NCBI GenBank assembly: GCA_030704615.1
Contig: CM060734.1
Span: 8,246,001 to 8,310,000, forward strand
Length of the DNA: 64,000 nucleotides
Direction: 5' to 3'
Source: Takakia lepidozioides
Taxonomy: Eukaryota > Plantae > Bryophyta
Shown here: in pieces, positions 1 to 11,159 of the stretch
Position numbering within the stretch: the first letter of the stretch is position 1
How the letters are laid out: every line of letters begins with the position of its first letter
Made by a program: the position numbers and the translations under genes
The notes under the pieces: model-generated
Told to the model about the DNA's origin: nothing
What the model saw: only the letters and a program-made list of their open reading frames with translations
Databases searched by the model: none

Positions 1-216
1 GATGACGCGTTACCTTCAGCCTCCCACCAACAAACATGAGATCATTTCAGAAGCGCTTCAAGTGACGAACGAAATGGTTCATCTGACATCATCCAAATGT
101 TGAACATGCTGAGGTCTTCTGTAATGTGTTCTGCTTCATAATGCGGTGCTTCTCTTACACACACCTATTTGTTCCATTTTGCACTAATCACACTTTCATG
201 CTATACGCATTGCAAG

Positions 217-686
217 GTTTCTTGCAACTATTCCAAACAAGGCCTTCTGGTTTGTCCAGTATGAAGCGAATCAAAGAGATGGAGGATCTACGAGTGAAGA
301 GCACTACGATACTACAGAAGCAAACAATTGCCACTCCACAGGTAGTGCAGCTGTTGAAAGACTTGAGGTTGGAGGGACTGTTGCACAAAGAATGGTCTTT
401 GCATCATCGAGATTTGATGATCCAGTTCATCAAGAACTTTGAGCCAAAGACAGGAGCTACGCAGGTGAAGGGTGTGGATATACAAGTTACTCCGCAGTAC
501 TTGCAGCAGCTTTTTTATTTACCATCTGGTACAGTGAGCGTGGATGAGCACAGGGCAAGATTGCAAATGGTGAATCTTTTCCAAGAAAAGAAAATTTTCA
601 AGACCCAGGGATATACTTGCACAAAAGCCGAGTATCCAGGTTTGAGGGAAATAGGCCAGATACTAAACAAAAAAGAAAAAGTTTGA
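217..686 (+). pseudogene. Transposon-associated protein fragment (putative plant transposon protein-like)
   Basis: LMIQFIKNF...VKGVDIQVTPQYLQQLFYLP resembles the L..EF..NF...V.G..I..T...I...L.LP pattern of plant TE accessory proteins. It is convergent with the MULE transposase. Confidence 0.4.
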
Positions 687-1313
687 CGCCTTCCGAAGGG
701 AGCGTAACTTATGGTGTCACTTCACCACAAAGAGCTACTGCCTTCCAACTGAAAGGTGGACACCTTCATGCTGCCAGTATGCTGGGACGTGTCCTTTGTC
801 GTATGGATTGCTCTGTGTACAAGGTGCAGTATGCGAATACTGGAATGTGCAGTAGGACCCTTCCCACTGGGACACAGAACTTGCAATCTTGTAAAGACAT
901 CACATTTGCAGAACAGTGTCAATGTATTGGTAGCAAATCGGAGTCTTCTCATAAAGGTGGACGAAAACGCCAGGATAGGCTGCGAAATCACCACAAAATG
1001 AATGAAGAACAGTAACAAGGAAGCACTATGCAGTATACAGACCAATAACGGCGCTGAAATAGGCCACAATGCCCGTGTATCTCCACACAATGTATGCTTT
1101 CCTCGGATCCATTAATAGACATAACCAAAATTAAAAAAACATGCCCATGCCATTCACGGCCAAAAACCACATTCTCATGTATTGCGGCACCAAAATGCAC
1201 CTGAAGCCATGGCGGTATGGCACCACCAAATGTATAATTCATGACAAAAAAAATAGGGTGCAAGAAGATGAATGTAATATAATTGCCACTTTCTCCTTCC
1301 CGAATGTGGAATG

Positions 1314-4300
1314 TCAAGCAGTCCGACCTGTATCCTGCCGTAGGGCCTTGTGCAGCTCGTTGAAGCTCAATGTTGGAACATGGATGAAGACGTCCACTGC
1401 GGATATGCAACTCATGCACTTCAGAAAAATGTAATAAAGGTGTTTGCAGGGGACGTATGCTGCATTCTTCGATTCCATAACAAGGAAGTCCTCACAGTTG
1501 CAGGCTGGGTACTGAGAAACCGTGATTGCATACATGACACTGCGCGCAGCAGACCCGGCTGTTGACAACTGAAATATGCGCCCCATCCCGGGGTGAGAAA
1601 CATCCTTGCAACCTTGCACTATGCAGGGCATTGCAAGAGCGTTGGCCATCCTGGTGTCGTTTGCCTTTGTTGGTGGCCGCCGTCTTTTCAGTTTCCCCCA
1701 CCGATGGGTGGGCCAAGCTGCGGGGTCACCCACCGGTATGCGAGGTGAAGAGTTTCTTGTGGGAGGAGGATGACGACTGGGAATTGGATTTCGCGGAACG
1801 TCTGTCCTCTCCACCAGTCGAAACCCCGCACATCCTAGAGCGTCTGCCTCCTCCAGGATAAGATCTGTACCAGTTGCCACATGCTAGACTGCTGGTGGTT
1901 CAGGCATGCCTTGTACACCATACTTGGGCTTGCCGAACACACACGACATGATGTCGTGCTTGCAGAACCAGAACTCCTTCAGTGTGGCCTCCACAAACTT
2001 TGCACACACAAATCTCCTTGTGAAGCAAGGGGCAGGCACACCACCTTGCGGGCTCCTCCGAATCATCTCATTGCATCTCTAGTTGGTGTCGACACGAACA
2101 GTACAACATTTGCCACGAAATGACGGACGGGTCCGTGCAATTCTCCACTGCGAGGCCGACACATCTTGCTCCATGACTGGGATGCTGTATTGGGTAACGA
2201 TAATAGGAGCAACATGCTCATCCTTGGGATGTTGTCCCGAGTCTCGCAGCGATTCCATGGATGTTGCAGGAGAGGGGGTATGAGTCCTGTTTGGGAGGAG
2301 GCGTGGGACGCAACATCGTTGCGCCCTGAGGTTGAGTGCGGATGTTCATATCTGATCTCCATGAATCGTCGTCGCCTCCGGGCATGTCTTCAATTCTTCT
2401 CTTCACCGGCCGGCTGCGGACATCGCCCTCCAAGCAGTTCCCCCAACTGTGTAACGACATTGACCTTATTGTTTCCTGCAATGCAGCAATCCATTTTTTT
2501 GGATCGGTGGAATGATGCGCCGCCCTCATCAGCATCTCCTGCCTGTTTGGTCCGATACCCCATTGCTTTCCTCCCAGAAACTGGTAGTAACCAGATTGTT
2601 GCATGATGGCCCTCACAATATCTTCTATTGTTGCTGTCAACATGCCAACGAGATATGCCGCAGAGGAACCACGCCAGGAAGAGTGCACCGATTCGGCCAT
2701 GTTCGTCGTCGGCATATCCGTGTCATCCTCCAAGCTCATGTCTTGTTGAAGGAAATTAGAAATGTCACTCATTGTGGAGAATGTCCAAGCACAAAACAGA
2801 ACAATTGTCAAGTACAGAAATGTGTTACCTGTCTCATGTAGTCTCCAAACTGGCGGAATCTATAGTGCCACCACGCAAGCCACATTTGCAGTTCTGGCTG
2901 ATCTTTCACATCCATTGCCCCTGAAGACACCCACTAAGCGCGTATGGTTGCAAACTCGGTCTCCGCGTCGTTGATGGAATTCGCATTTTTCCACGCAAGG
3001 CATATACTGATATGATCCTGCCGGTGGCGTGACGCCACGAACCTTTTCGTATTTTGCATCAAACTCTGCATGAAGTGAAACCCGCAAGATCTCTCCTTAC
3101 CTTCCAATTGGAGTCTTTGGGTCGTCCCCATATACCCTTCTCACTGCAGCCCAGTTCGCCTGGGCATTGTCAGCCATGAAGCCCCTAAAATCGGGAGGGG
3201 GTAACTTTGCTCTTGCCATTTGCTCATTAATTCCGCGCCACATATGCAACTCTGAATCTGTGTCTTCTCCTTTCATTTCGCAGATAGCAATGGTCATCAA
3301 CTTTCTACAATGTGGGTCGTATACATGTGCCCCCATTGTCACCCAATCATGGTTGGTAATTCGCCTGATGTGGTCGAACATGACCCAGCAATTTGAGAGG
3401 TCTCCACTGGTCATCCGCTTCACCAAATCGACACTGCTCCCCGGTCTGCACATGGACATCGTAAATATGAAGCACATGTCCGTCTCTGAGCCTTGACCAG
3501 GAAAGAAGCTGCCCTGGATGAAGTCGTAGCCGCATGTGCGCTTCACTTCCAAGATGGAGTGCATGTCTGATCCTCTTCCAATTCGTTTCTTGCAGCCGAC
3601 AATGTGGTTCCTGACATTGGGGCTGCATACATGGGAGACAGCTTCCAGCAGCTCCTTCATATCCCCCTCGCCCAACTTCTCTCTTGTGTTTCCGTCCTCC
3701 GACATTATTCTGCCTATTGCAATTCTATGTGCGGATGCGAGCTGTATCTGCTTTGGTTTTGCTCCCGGCCTCAACCTCACCTCCTCCTTGATAATATCGT
3801 GGGCTTGTTGAAAAGCGACTCTGCAATTGCCTCTGGCGACGGGGTGGTCATGCTTTCCGATGTGAATGCATGCTCTGGTGCACGCTGGGCTGACGGTCCC
3901 GACGTAGTACTGTTTGGCGTTGCACACTGCCATGCACGTAGGGGCTACGTTGCAATGGGCACACTTGAAAGTCCCTACAAGAACTCTACCTTGAGGCCAA
4001 AATGGGGTCGACGAATTGCCAATCCAGTCTGTTTCATTCCGGGTGCCTTTGCTCGTGTAGTGGTAACATGTGCTCGAGAAACATTTAAGATGTCCAGCAC
4101 ACAATACATATCTCACTTGAACTCCATCACCCAGATTGGACGATGAAGTTTTGGTGACACACCATGGGTGGCCGTCATGTTTCCTGTTCATTCCTACCAG
4201 CATGCGGTCTGGGCCTGCGCCTGGCGGCACTAGAGGGAACTTGTAGATAACATTCCCATCCACAACTTCAGGCAAAGTTTCCACAAAATGGATTGGAGTT

Positions 4301-5148
4301 TTGTCGTAATCAAGCCTAAGAAGGTCACTGGAGTGGGAACCCGCTGTCTTCATCCTCCACAATATGTCGATTACTGAGCGGACGGAAGTTGAGTCCGAGG
4401 GTGTGTGCTCATTGTCTGCCAACATCTGCGCACTCCTAATGACGGACGACTTCGATACATACGATGGAAGGACCATACAATCTTCATTGTCACTGGATAA
4501 GTTGTGGACGACTGTTTCCCTGCAAAGTGCACCCACTGACGAGCGATGGAGCGGCAAATCCTCGGTTTCCCTTTTCACATGTTTGGGCTTCTCTGCTTGT
4601 GAAGAGGTGCCCACATCCCTCATGGCAGACTTCACATCTTGCACGCCAGACCCTCTTGTGGAAGGAGGATCAACCAAGTTCCAGCGTGGGAACTCTTTAG
4701 GCACAATTTCACTAATTGCACTGTACCGGATGGATTCAGAAGTTGGGAGCCGCCACTCTTTGTCCTTTCCGAAATCTGCATGCAGAATGATGGCACTTTC
4801 CAGAAAATTCCCATAAGCATCCTTCGTCTCATCCTCCAAAAACACCGTTCCGGGGCGGAGCCCGAACATCACACACAAGTACTGCTCAGTGACAATTGCA
4901 AATCCTTGGTCGCAGGGTATTTTAGCTTTCAGAGAATCAGGATGGAAGTACACGTTTACCCAAACACGGGAGTCCATGTTGAAGACAACAACTCTCGGTA
5001 GGCTCCGCAGCGAAGTCCTGCAATGAGAAGAGTGTGTCCTACATAATACCACAATCATTTTCTGGAGGATTCTGTATCCAACAGGATGGGTGATCAGTGC
5101 AGGTATGGATGAAGGTGTGTAATGTACTTGACAAATACGGACGACCAC
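1314..5148 (-). mobile_element. Mutator-like (MULE) transposase gene, frameshifted, with N-terminal GCM/WRKY-like Zn domain and C-terminal SWIM finger
   Basis: Motifs in order: DGHPW..C.G.L.C..C and HIGKHDHP (GCM-like); WVMFDH and FMADNAQAN (D, D); CGFHFMQS (CxxH, shifted frame near 3085); PTTNMAESVH (E, near 2700); CNCEDF...PCKHLY (SWIM, ~1430-1510). Confidence 0.85.
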
Positions 5149-5159
5149 AGCAAATTCAC

Positions 5160-5615
5160 ATCGGAAATTGGGTGCCTGAATTGTGATGTACCATCAGTTG
5201 GGCTTCAATAAATCAGGCCTTCTCATGAATTTCGGCACCGAAATCCGGATGAACATGTCTGTCATGTAACAGTTTTGGAAGCGACGGGATGACTTCTGGC
5301 GACGAAATTCGGAATTAGTTCACCTCATGAAACTGAGCTAGCACCCGATGGATGGATTTCGGTGCCGAAATTTGGATGAACATGTTCTTCATGAAATTGT
5401 TTCTGCACATAAATGATGAATTTTGGCGTCAAAATATGGATGAATGTGTTCATGATGAGAGTCATGATTCACCACGTGTAAGGATTTCGGTGCCGAAATC
5501 CGGATGACAGTAACCCTGAAACGACAATAGGGATGAATTTCGGCACCGAAATTCATTGTTCGCATGGAAAAAATATTATTGGAGGGAGGACGGTGGATGA
5601 ATTTCGGCGCCAAAA
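5160..5615. repeat. Subterminal array of near-palindromic ATTTCGGCACCGAAAT motifs upstream of the MULE transposase
   Basis: About 7 copies in both orientations (~5229, 5356, 5419, 5484, 5537, 5601), often followed by GGATGAA. Confidence 0.75.
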
Positions 5616-5619
5616 ATCA

Positions 5620-6030
5620 TTCTTCTTCTGCTTGGCTGCCTCATCAGTAATACAATGGGCTTATGCCAAAGCATGGGAAGGGGAGCTGGCAAATACCCAT
5701 GCAGAGATTGAAGACGACTTCCATGTTTGGAACATGGTCACAAGCCATGAGGAGAGAAGGAAGTTAAAGGAGGAAGTGGGCAGAGTCAATCAAATCTCAA
5801 TAGATGAAGAGGATGGAGCAACTATTCGCTGGTGCAGTTTACGTGCCAGAATCACCCTGAGTCAAGAATTGTCAGATCTGCAGAGAAAGGATCTGGAAGG
5901 TTTGCTTCACCAAAACCAAGACTGCTTTGCTCTCAGTAAGGCAGACCTAGGTTTTTGCTCAGTTGTTGAACATGTCATTGATACTCAAGGGTTTCCCCCT
6001 TGTAGAAGTCAGCCCAATCGCCTGTCTCAG
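5620..6030 (+). mobile_element. Ty3/gypsy pol fragment (protease-RT linker)
   Basis: QRKDLEGLLHQNQDCFALSKADLGFCSVVEHVIDTQGFPPCRSQPNRLS matches the typical L..LL....D.FA....DLG.....H.I.T....P....PYR segment just before gypsy RT. Confidence 0.75.
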
Positions 6031-6034
6031 TTAG

Positions 6035-6830
6035 CTACAACAGGATGAGGTTTTTTCGACTGTCTGTTTCACTATTTTCATAGTCGTATCAGGCATGTTT
6101 TACTACACCCTGCATAGTCGAACTAGGCGAGTCGAAACAGGCATGCAGTGAAACAGCTTTCACTGTGGTGGAGCCCACTATTTTTTCGGGTAGGATGTCG
6201 GGCAGTGAAACGTTTCACTATACCAATACAGTAAGAAGTTTCACTATGGAGTTTTACTATGACGTGTATTAACGTGCCACAATACCATTACACGTTTAGT
6301 TGACAAAAATACTACATAGTGGATAATGGTGTTGTAACTTTCACTATATAGTGAAACATAGACACCTAGTGTCATTTTACTACTATGGAGTTGTGATTTC
6401 AGGTCATTGATTTCAATTTTACTATGACGTGTACTAAACGGAGCCACTACATCAATACATGTGGACATACTTGTAGTTGAAAAAATTACTATATAGTGGA
6501 TGATTGGGTAATCACTTTCATCGTGTAGTGAAACAGATATATCAAATAGATAATTTTACTACTATATTGTTAGGATTTGGGTTATTCCTTTTACTATATA
6601 GGGAAATATTTTGACTGTGTAGTAAAATAAATTGCTTATAAATACCAACCCGGTTGACGTGTAGTCGTACTTATTACCTTGTAGTGGCTACATATATATA
6701 GAGAGAAGACTCCGGCCAAAGCCAGCGTAACTAAGAGCCACTTCGCCTTACGGCTACTGCCCCCTTTCGGGGGTGGGCCCTATATATATATATATATTGA
6801 GTATGGTTAATTACCAACAAATGTTGTAGT
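6035..6830. mobile_element. Degenerate non-autonomous CACTA-type element
   Basis: The left end ctacaacagg...ttttcgact resembles the CACTACAA..TTTTCGACT terminus at 43353. It carries many TTTCACTAT/ATAGTGAAA subterminal motifs like those at 37520-38000 and 42700-43353. An inverted tgttgtag lies at 6822. Confidence 0.5.
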
Positions 6831-7029
6831 CAGGAATTAATACTGCATAAACCAGTGACAAATGAAATGGTCTTTTATAGAAATGAAATGAAACAAAATG
6901 GTACTTTATAACGTTTGCGGAAAGCTCAAAGAGCTTATGGGACAAAATGGAAAAAAACAAGAGAGAACCCAAAAGCAACTACTGCTCAGGGGATTGCCTA
7001 AGGGTCAAGGCCTTGTGCAAATAAGCTGC

Positions 7030-7533
7030 CAAGCATTTCTGATCCTAGCTTCTCCTCATCTCTGTTACTTGTTTTTTTTGATATTTTTCTGTTGTCACAT
7101 TGGCAGTATCATGTCAAAGTCACTCCAAACTAGATTTACTCAACCAACTAACTTGCAGAATTCAACATAGAAATTTAGGGCCGATTCTGATAAGAGGGAA
7201 AAACAGGGTGAAATGTGCTGAAGAAGATGCCTTTCATTAGCAGTGCCTGATTTTATCAATTGTGTTGCTGTTGCCAGTTGACCATCTACCCATGCAGGTT
7301 TCTTGTAGCTATTGATCCACAGGGAATCATAGGTAATCTTGTGCTTGAAATCTGGCCCTCTTGGATGAATCTAGACCCACACTCTATCTCTGCTCCTTCA
7401 GCTATCCAACTCACCTTCTCACACTAGTTCCTATGCTCAATTGCATATGCTACTCTCTGTAATCCAATAGGCATTCACCTTTTTGCCTCGATTGGGCCAC
7501 CATTGACTGGGGTCAGAAAAATATTCATTCCAG
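7030..7533 (-). pseudogene. Fragment of a gene with an OSB-type PDF motif
   Basis: Minus strand reads WNEYFSDPSQWWPNR...HPRGPDFKHKITYDSLWINSYKKPAWV, matching the W..FF.NP..WWDNR...PDFKHK...ALW....P.WV motif of organellar ssDNA-binding (OSB) proteins. Stop codons are present. Confidence 0.7.
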
Positions 7534-7534
7534 T

Positions 7535-8089
7535 ATGGACCAAGGCACCCCCCGCCCCATTACCCTACACAATATAACCTCCTATGACGCCTCCCCGGTT
7601 TACCTGGGGCTTACTTCCCCCAAATACCCCCCACTCCATTCACACTACACAGATGGCTCCCACTCTGGCTCCCATGCCGGATATGGCGTATACCATGCCG
7701 CCACTAACAAAGGGACTGCCCACCGTCTCCCCGGCCCCGCAACCATACTTCGTGCCGAACTTATGGCTATTTTTGAAGCTCTCTCACAATTAGCCTCGTT
7801 CCCACCACCATACTACATTTTCACGGATAGCCTAACCTCACTCTTCATACTTCGTAACCACCTTGCTTGTCCTTCCTCCCACCACCACCACCCCAATCGA
7901 GACCTTATCTCCGCAATCATCAACCTCGCTATCTCCATCGATAAACCCATTCATTTTCTCAAAGTTCGATCACATACTGGTATTAACGGCAACGAGGAGG
8001 CAGACCTCCTCGCCCAGCTGGGGGCCTCCAAACCCCCAGTTGAACCTCCGGCCGACCCCATTCACATTACTCATGCACATCCTTTCTAG
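7535..8089 (+). mobile_element. Non-LTR retrotransposon RNase HI domain fragment
   Basis: YTDGS, RAELMAI, IFTDSL and KVRSHTGINGNEEADLLA give the full RNase H catalytic set with LINE-type spacing. Confidence 0.85.
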
Positions 8090-10679
8090 CTGATTCACCC
8101 GGTGCTTGACCCCCCAGAACCCCGGCCAATCCGGAACCTTCTTACTACCCTGACTAAAGAAGCCAACAGACAAGCCTCAGCTTCTCTCAGCCAAACTACA
8201 TATCCAAAAATGGACCCATTCCACTGTACTCCACCACAAAACACTTTGTAGGCCTTGGAGCCATAGAGTTTATAAAGAAGGATTTCCATATCACTTCGAA
8301 GCTATCGCCAATTATTTCACGTTTTAAGCTCGGAAGCTAAGTGGACTAACCCCCATAGGGTCCTAGGACCATGGGGATTCATTAAATCAACTAAAAAGAG
8401 CATTAGCTAAGAGTAAGGGCTGCCCAAAAGGGGCATCCACCCAAGCTAAAAGGAGGGCGATCTTAGGCGCCTTAAGGTGGTATTTTCCCTCACCTTGATT
8501 TTTGGTGCACTATTCATGTTCTTCCCTTAGCATGTGGGGGTAGGGGAAGGTTAGCTTAGCACATGTGAAAATTGAAACCATTGGAAAGGCCCCACTAAGG
8601 CTGTCATTTTGAGATGTCTCCCGGAGCCTGAGGAGTTGCGGCCCGGGAGTTCTTGCATAAGACAGAAAGGTATAGCCCAAAGACCAAGTGGGAAAGGCTT
8701 CCCTTGGGGTTAGGAGGTTGAAGATGACCAATTTTAACACCAACATGCCTATAGGATACATTAGTTTATGGTAGATGAGGATTCGAGAGCTAGGAACCAC
8801 TCAATTGGTTTAAATATTATTTTTTTGTTGCATAAGTGGTTGTTGGATGGGCCATTATAACTGCTATTTCATTCGTCCAAGGGGGGCATTGACCCCTTGG
8901 TCAACGTATTAACGAACAAGAATTTGGGGCGCTCCCATTGAGGAGAGCGGTTCCCCACCGTTCTCGGGTTAGGAGCGCGTTCCCATTACCCCTGGAGGTA
9001 ATTCTGGTATCTCTGGGATCCCCTGGAGATTCTCCACCTTTGAGAATTTTCTTACTTTTCCTTCTTTTAATTTTTTTTATTGGTTTTCTGCCACTGTATA
9101 AATCTGGAAATTAGCCAATATGGTTTAGGAGTTTCTAACATCTCCCTTAAAGTTGTGAATTGAGTCTTTAAGGGGATTTAGCCCTTCGTAGGGGTGGTTA
9201 TCCAGGAATTGGAGGGGCAGTGGGAAGAGGTGCCCCCTCTTCCTCCCTAAATTCGGTAGACGCCTTGTGAAGGGACCACAAGAGGATCCCGGCTATAGGC
9301 ACCTCGGGAATTTAGGCCTGTAGGAACTTTTAGCAAATAAGTACGACTTGGAAGGCAATTCATATATATAAAAAACCATAAACAGACCGTAGGACGTAGG
9401 AACGCAACTTGCCCTGTGAAGAAGATTGAACTTTTCTTTGCCAGTAGAATTAGAATTTTGTTCACCGATTCCGCCACTAACACGCCGCGGATCCCCTGCA
9501 CTAACCGCAGTCGGGTGGGCGTTCGTCGAGCCCAACCCATTCCGCTACACACCTTGACCCCTCCTAGCTAGTATGTTGTCGCCCTAGCCGCGCTCGTCCA
9601 GGGCTCGTCAGATACCGTGAGGGAAATTCATACATAGACTGTGAGAAGACTGAAAATGGAAAGACAGCCCAAAACTAGAATTCAGATCTCATCGCTGACA
9701 AGAAAACCTAGTACACAACGATAAGTATGGGTGATACAAGAAACCAAAGGGAAGACTCACTAGCAAGCAGAATGGAGAATGTTGCATGGATGGAAATAAA
9801 AACAAAAATGAAAGCAAAGGAAAAAAAGGACATCTGCAGGCATGACATCAACACTATTCAGTGTACGCTAGATCAGAGCCAGTGGACAAAAAAAGATGGA
9901 AACCTAAGAGCAAGGCAAGACAAAGGATCATCATGGAGCAAGATGGGATAACAATGTTGCATCCTACCAATGTTTGAAAAGTGTGGATAAAAGACAAAGG
10001 CAAGGGAGAGTTTCATGAGCAGAAACCAGCCTACATTCAGGAGGTGGGGAGCTGGACAACTGAGAATGAAGCGACCCATTGGATCACCCTTGAGCAAAGG
10101 CATGTAACAATACTGAATAGATTCAACTTTGCCAAGGCTCTGGATGGTTGTGGAAAAGTAAAAGGAAAAAGAATTGCTGGACTGAACACTTATCTTTGTG
10201 GAAGTGATGAGAACATTTGCATAGTGGGCATCCATACAGAACTGCACATGTAAGCATTCAAGAATATTGCTATCTCCACAAGTGTGTCAGAAAAATGACA
10301 GCCCTCTTCACTCCACATGGTGCAAACTAGACCTGGAGTCACTAGTAAGAGAAATTTGGAATATGCTCTGAAACAAGATGAAAGAGATTAAATCAACATT
10401 TCAAGAAGCTGTGATGAAGCAGGAAAATGGTGTCTAGTGAACAAGCACAAATGACGATGTTGAATAGTTCAAGTTCTATAAGGATTCATGATGGGCTGAA
10501 AGCAGGTCAGGAAGTCTGTCTTTGGGAGATCATCTGTGAAAAACAGCCAGCACATTGCAGTAAGAGATAAAAAGGAGAGATCAAGGGACAACCAATACAA
10601 CAAGAGAAGGGCATCAAGGGTAAAGATGGCTTACCACAAAGGGATAGAGCACATCTTCACCAGCAAAACACCCCAACCC

Positions 10680-10975
10680 TAATTATTACAATAGTTCCAA
10701 TTCTGAATTGCATATGCTTTTCTCTGTAGGCATTCATCTGTCTCCATTGTCCCGCCATTGACTGGGGTTGGAAAAGTGTTCATTCCAAAGCTTCTCCTCA
10801 TCTCTCTTACCTGTTTTTGGATAGTTTCATGTTGCCACATCGGCAGTAACTTGTCAAAGTCACTCCAAACCACCATAGATCCACCCAACGAGCTAACTTA
10901 CAAAATTCATTATGCATCTCACGGCCGAGTCTGATGAGAGGGCAAAACAGGCTAAAATAGGTCGAAGAAGAAGGT
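10680..10975 (-). pseudogene. Second degraded copy related to the PDF-motif fragment at 7030-7533
   Basis: 10745-10788 matches 7491-7532 (ccattgactgggg...ttcattcca) and 10850-10970 matches 7103-7227 (tgtcaaagtcactccaaac...gaagaag). Confidence 0.6.
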
Positions 10976-11159
10976 GCCCTCACCACATTGTCCTTGACCT
11001 TGTGACATGACCTATGGAGGATTTAACCGACCATCAACCCAAAATGACCTCTTGTGTGTGCTGCTCGTGTCTGTAGTCAGGTAATGTCGGATTGGTCTGT
11101 GAGAATCACCACAGTGCAGCTAAGCAGGCAGAGATTGAAACACGGCCTGCTTTCATTTG

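Noticed and set aside
8290-9640. Possible LINE ORF1/endonuclease on the minus strand adjoining the RNase H
   Set aside because: Too degraded to read diagnostic motifs.
10925-10965. CTGATGAG...AAA resembling a hammerhead ribozyme core (also ~7187)
   Set aside because: No convincing stems II/III; it lies within the degraded coding fragment shared by the two loci.
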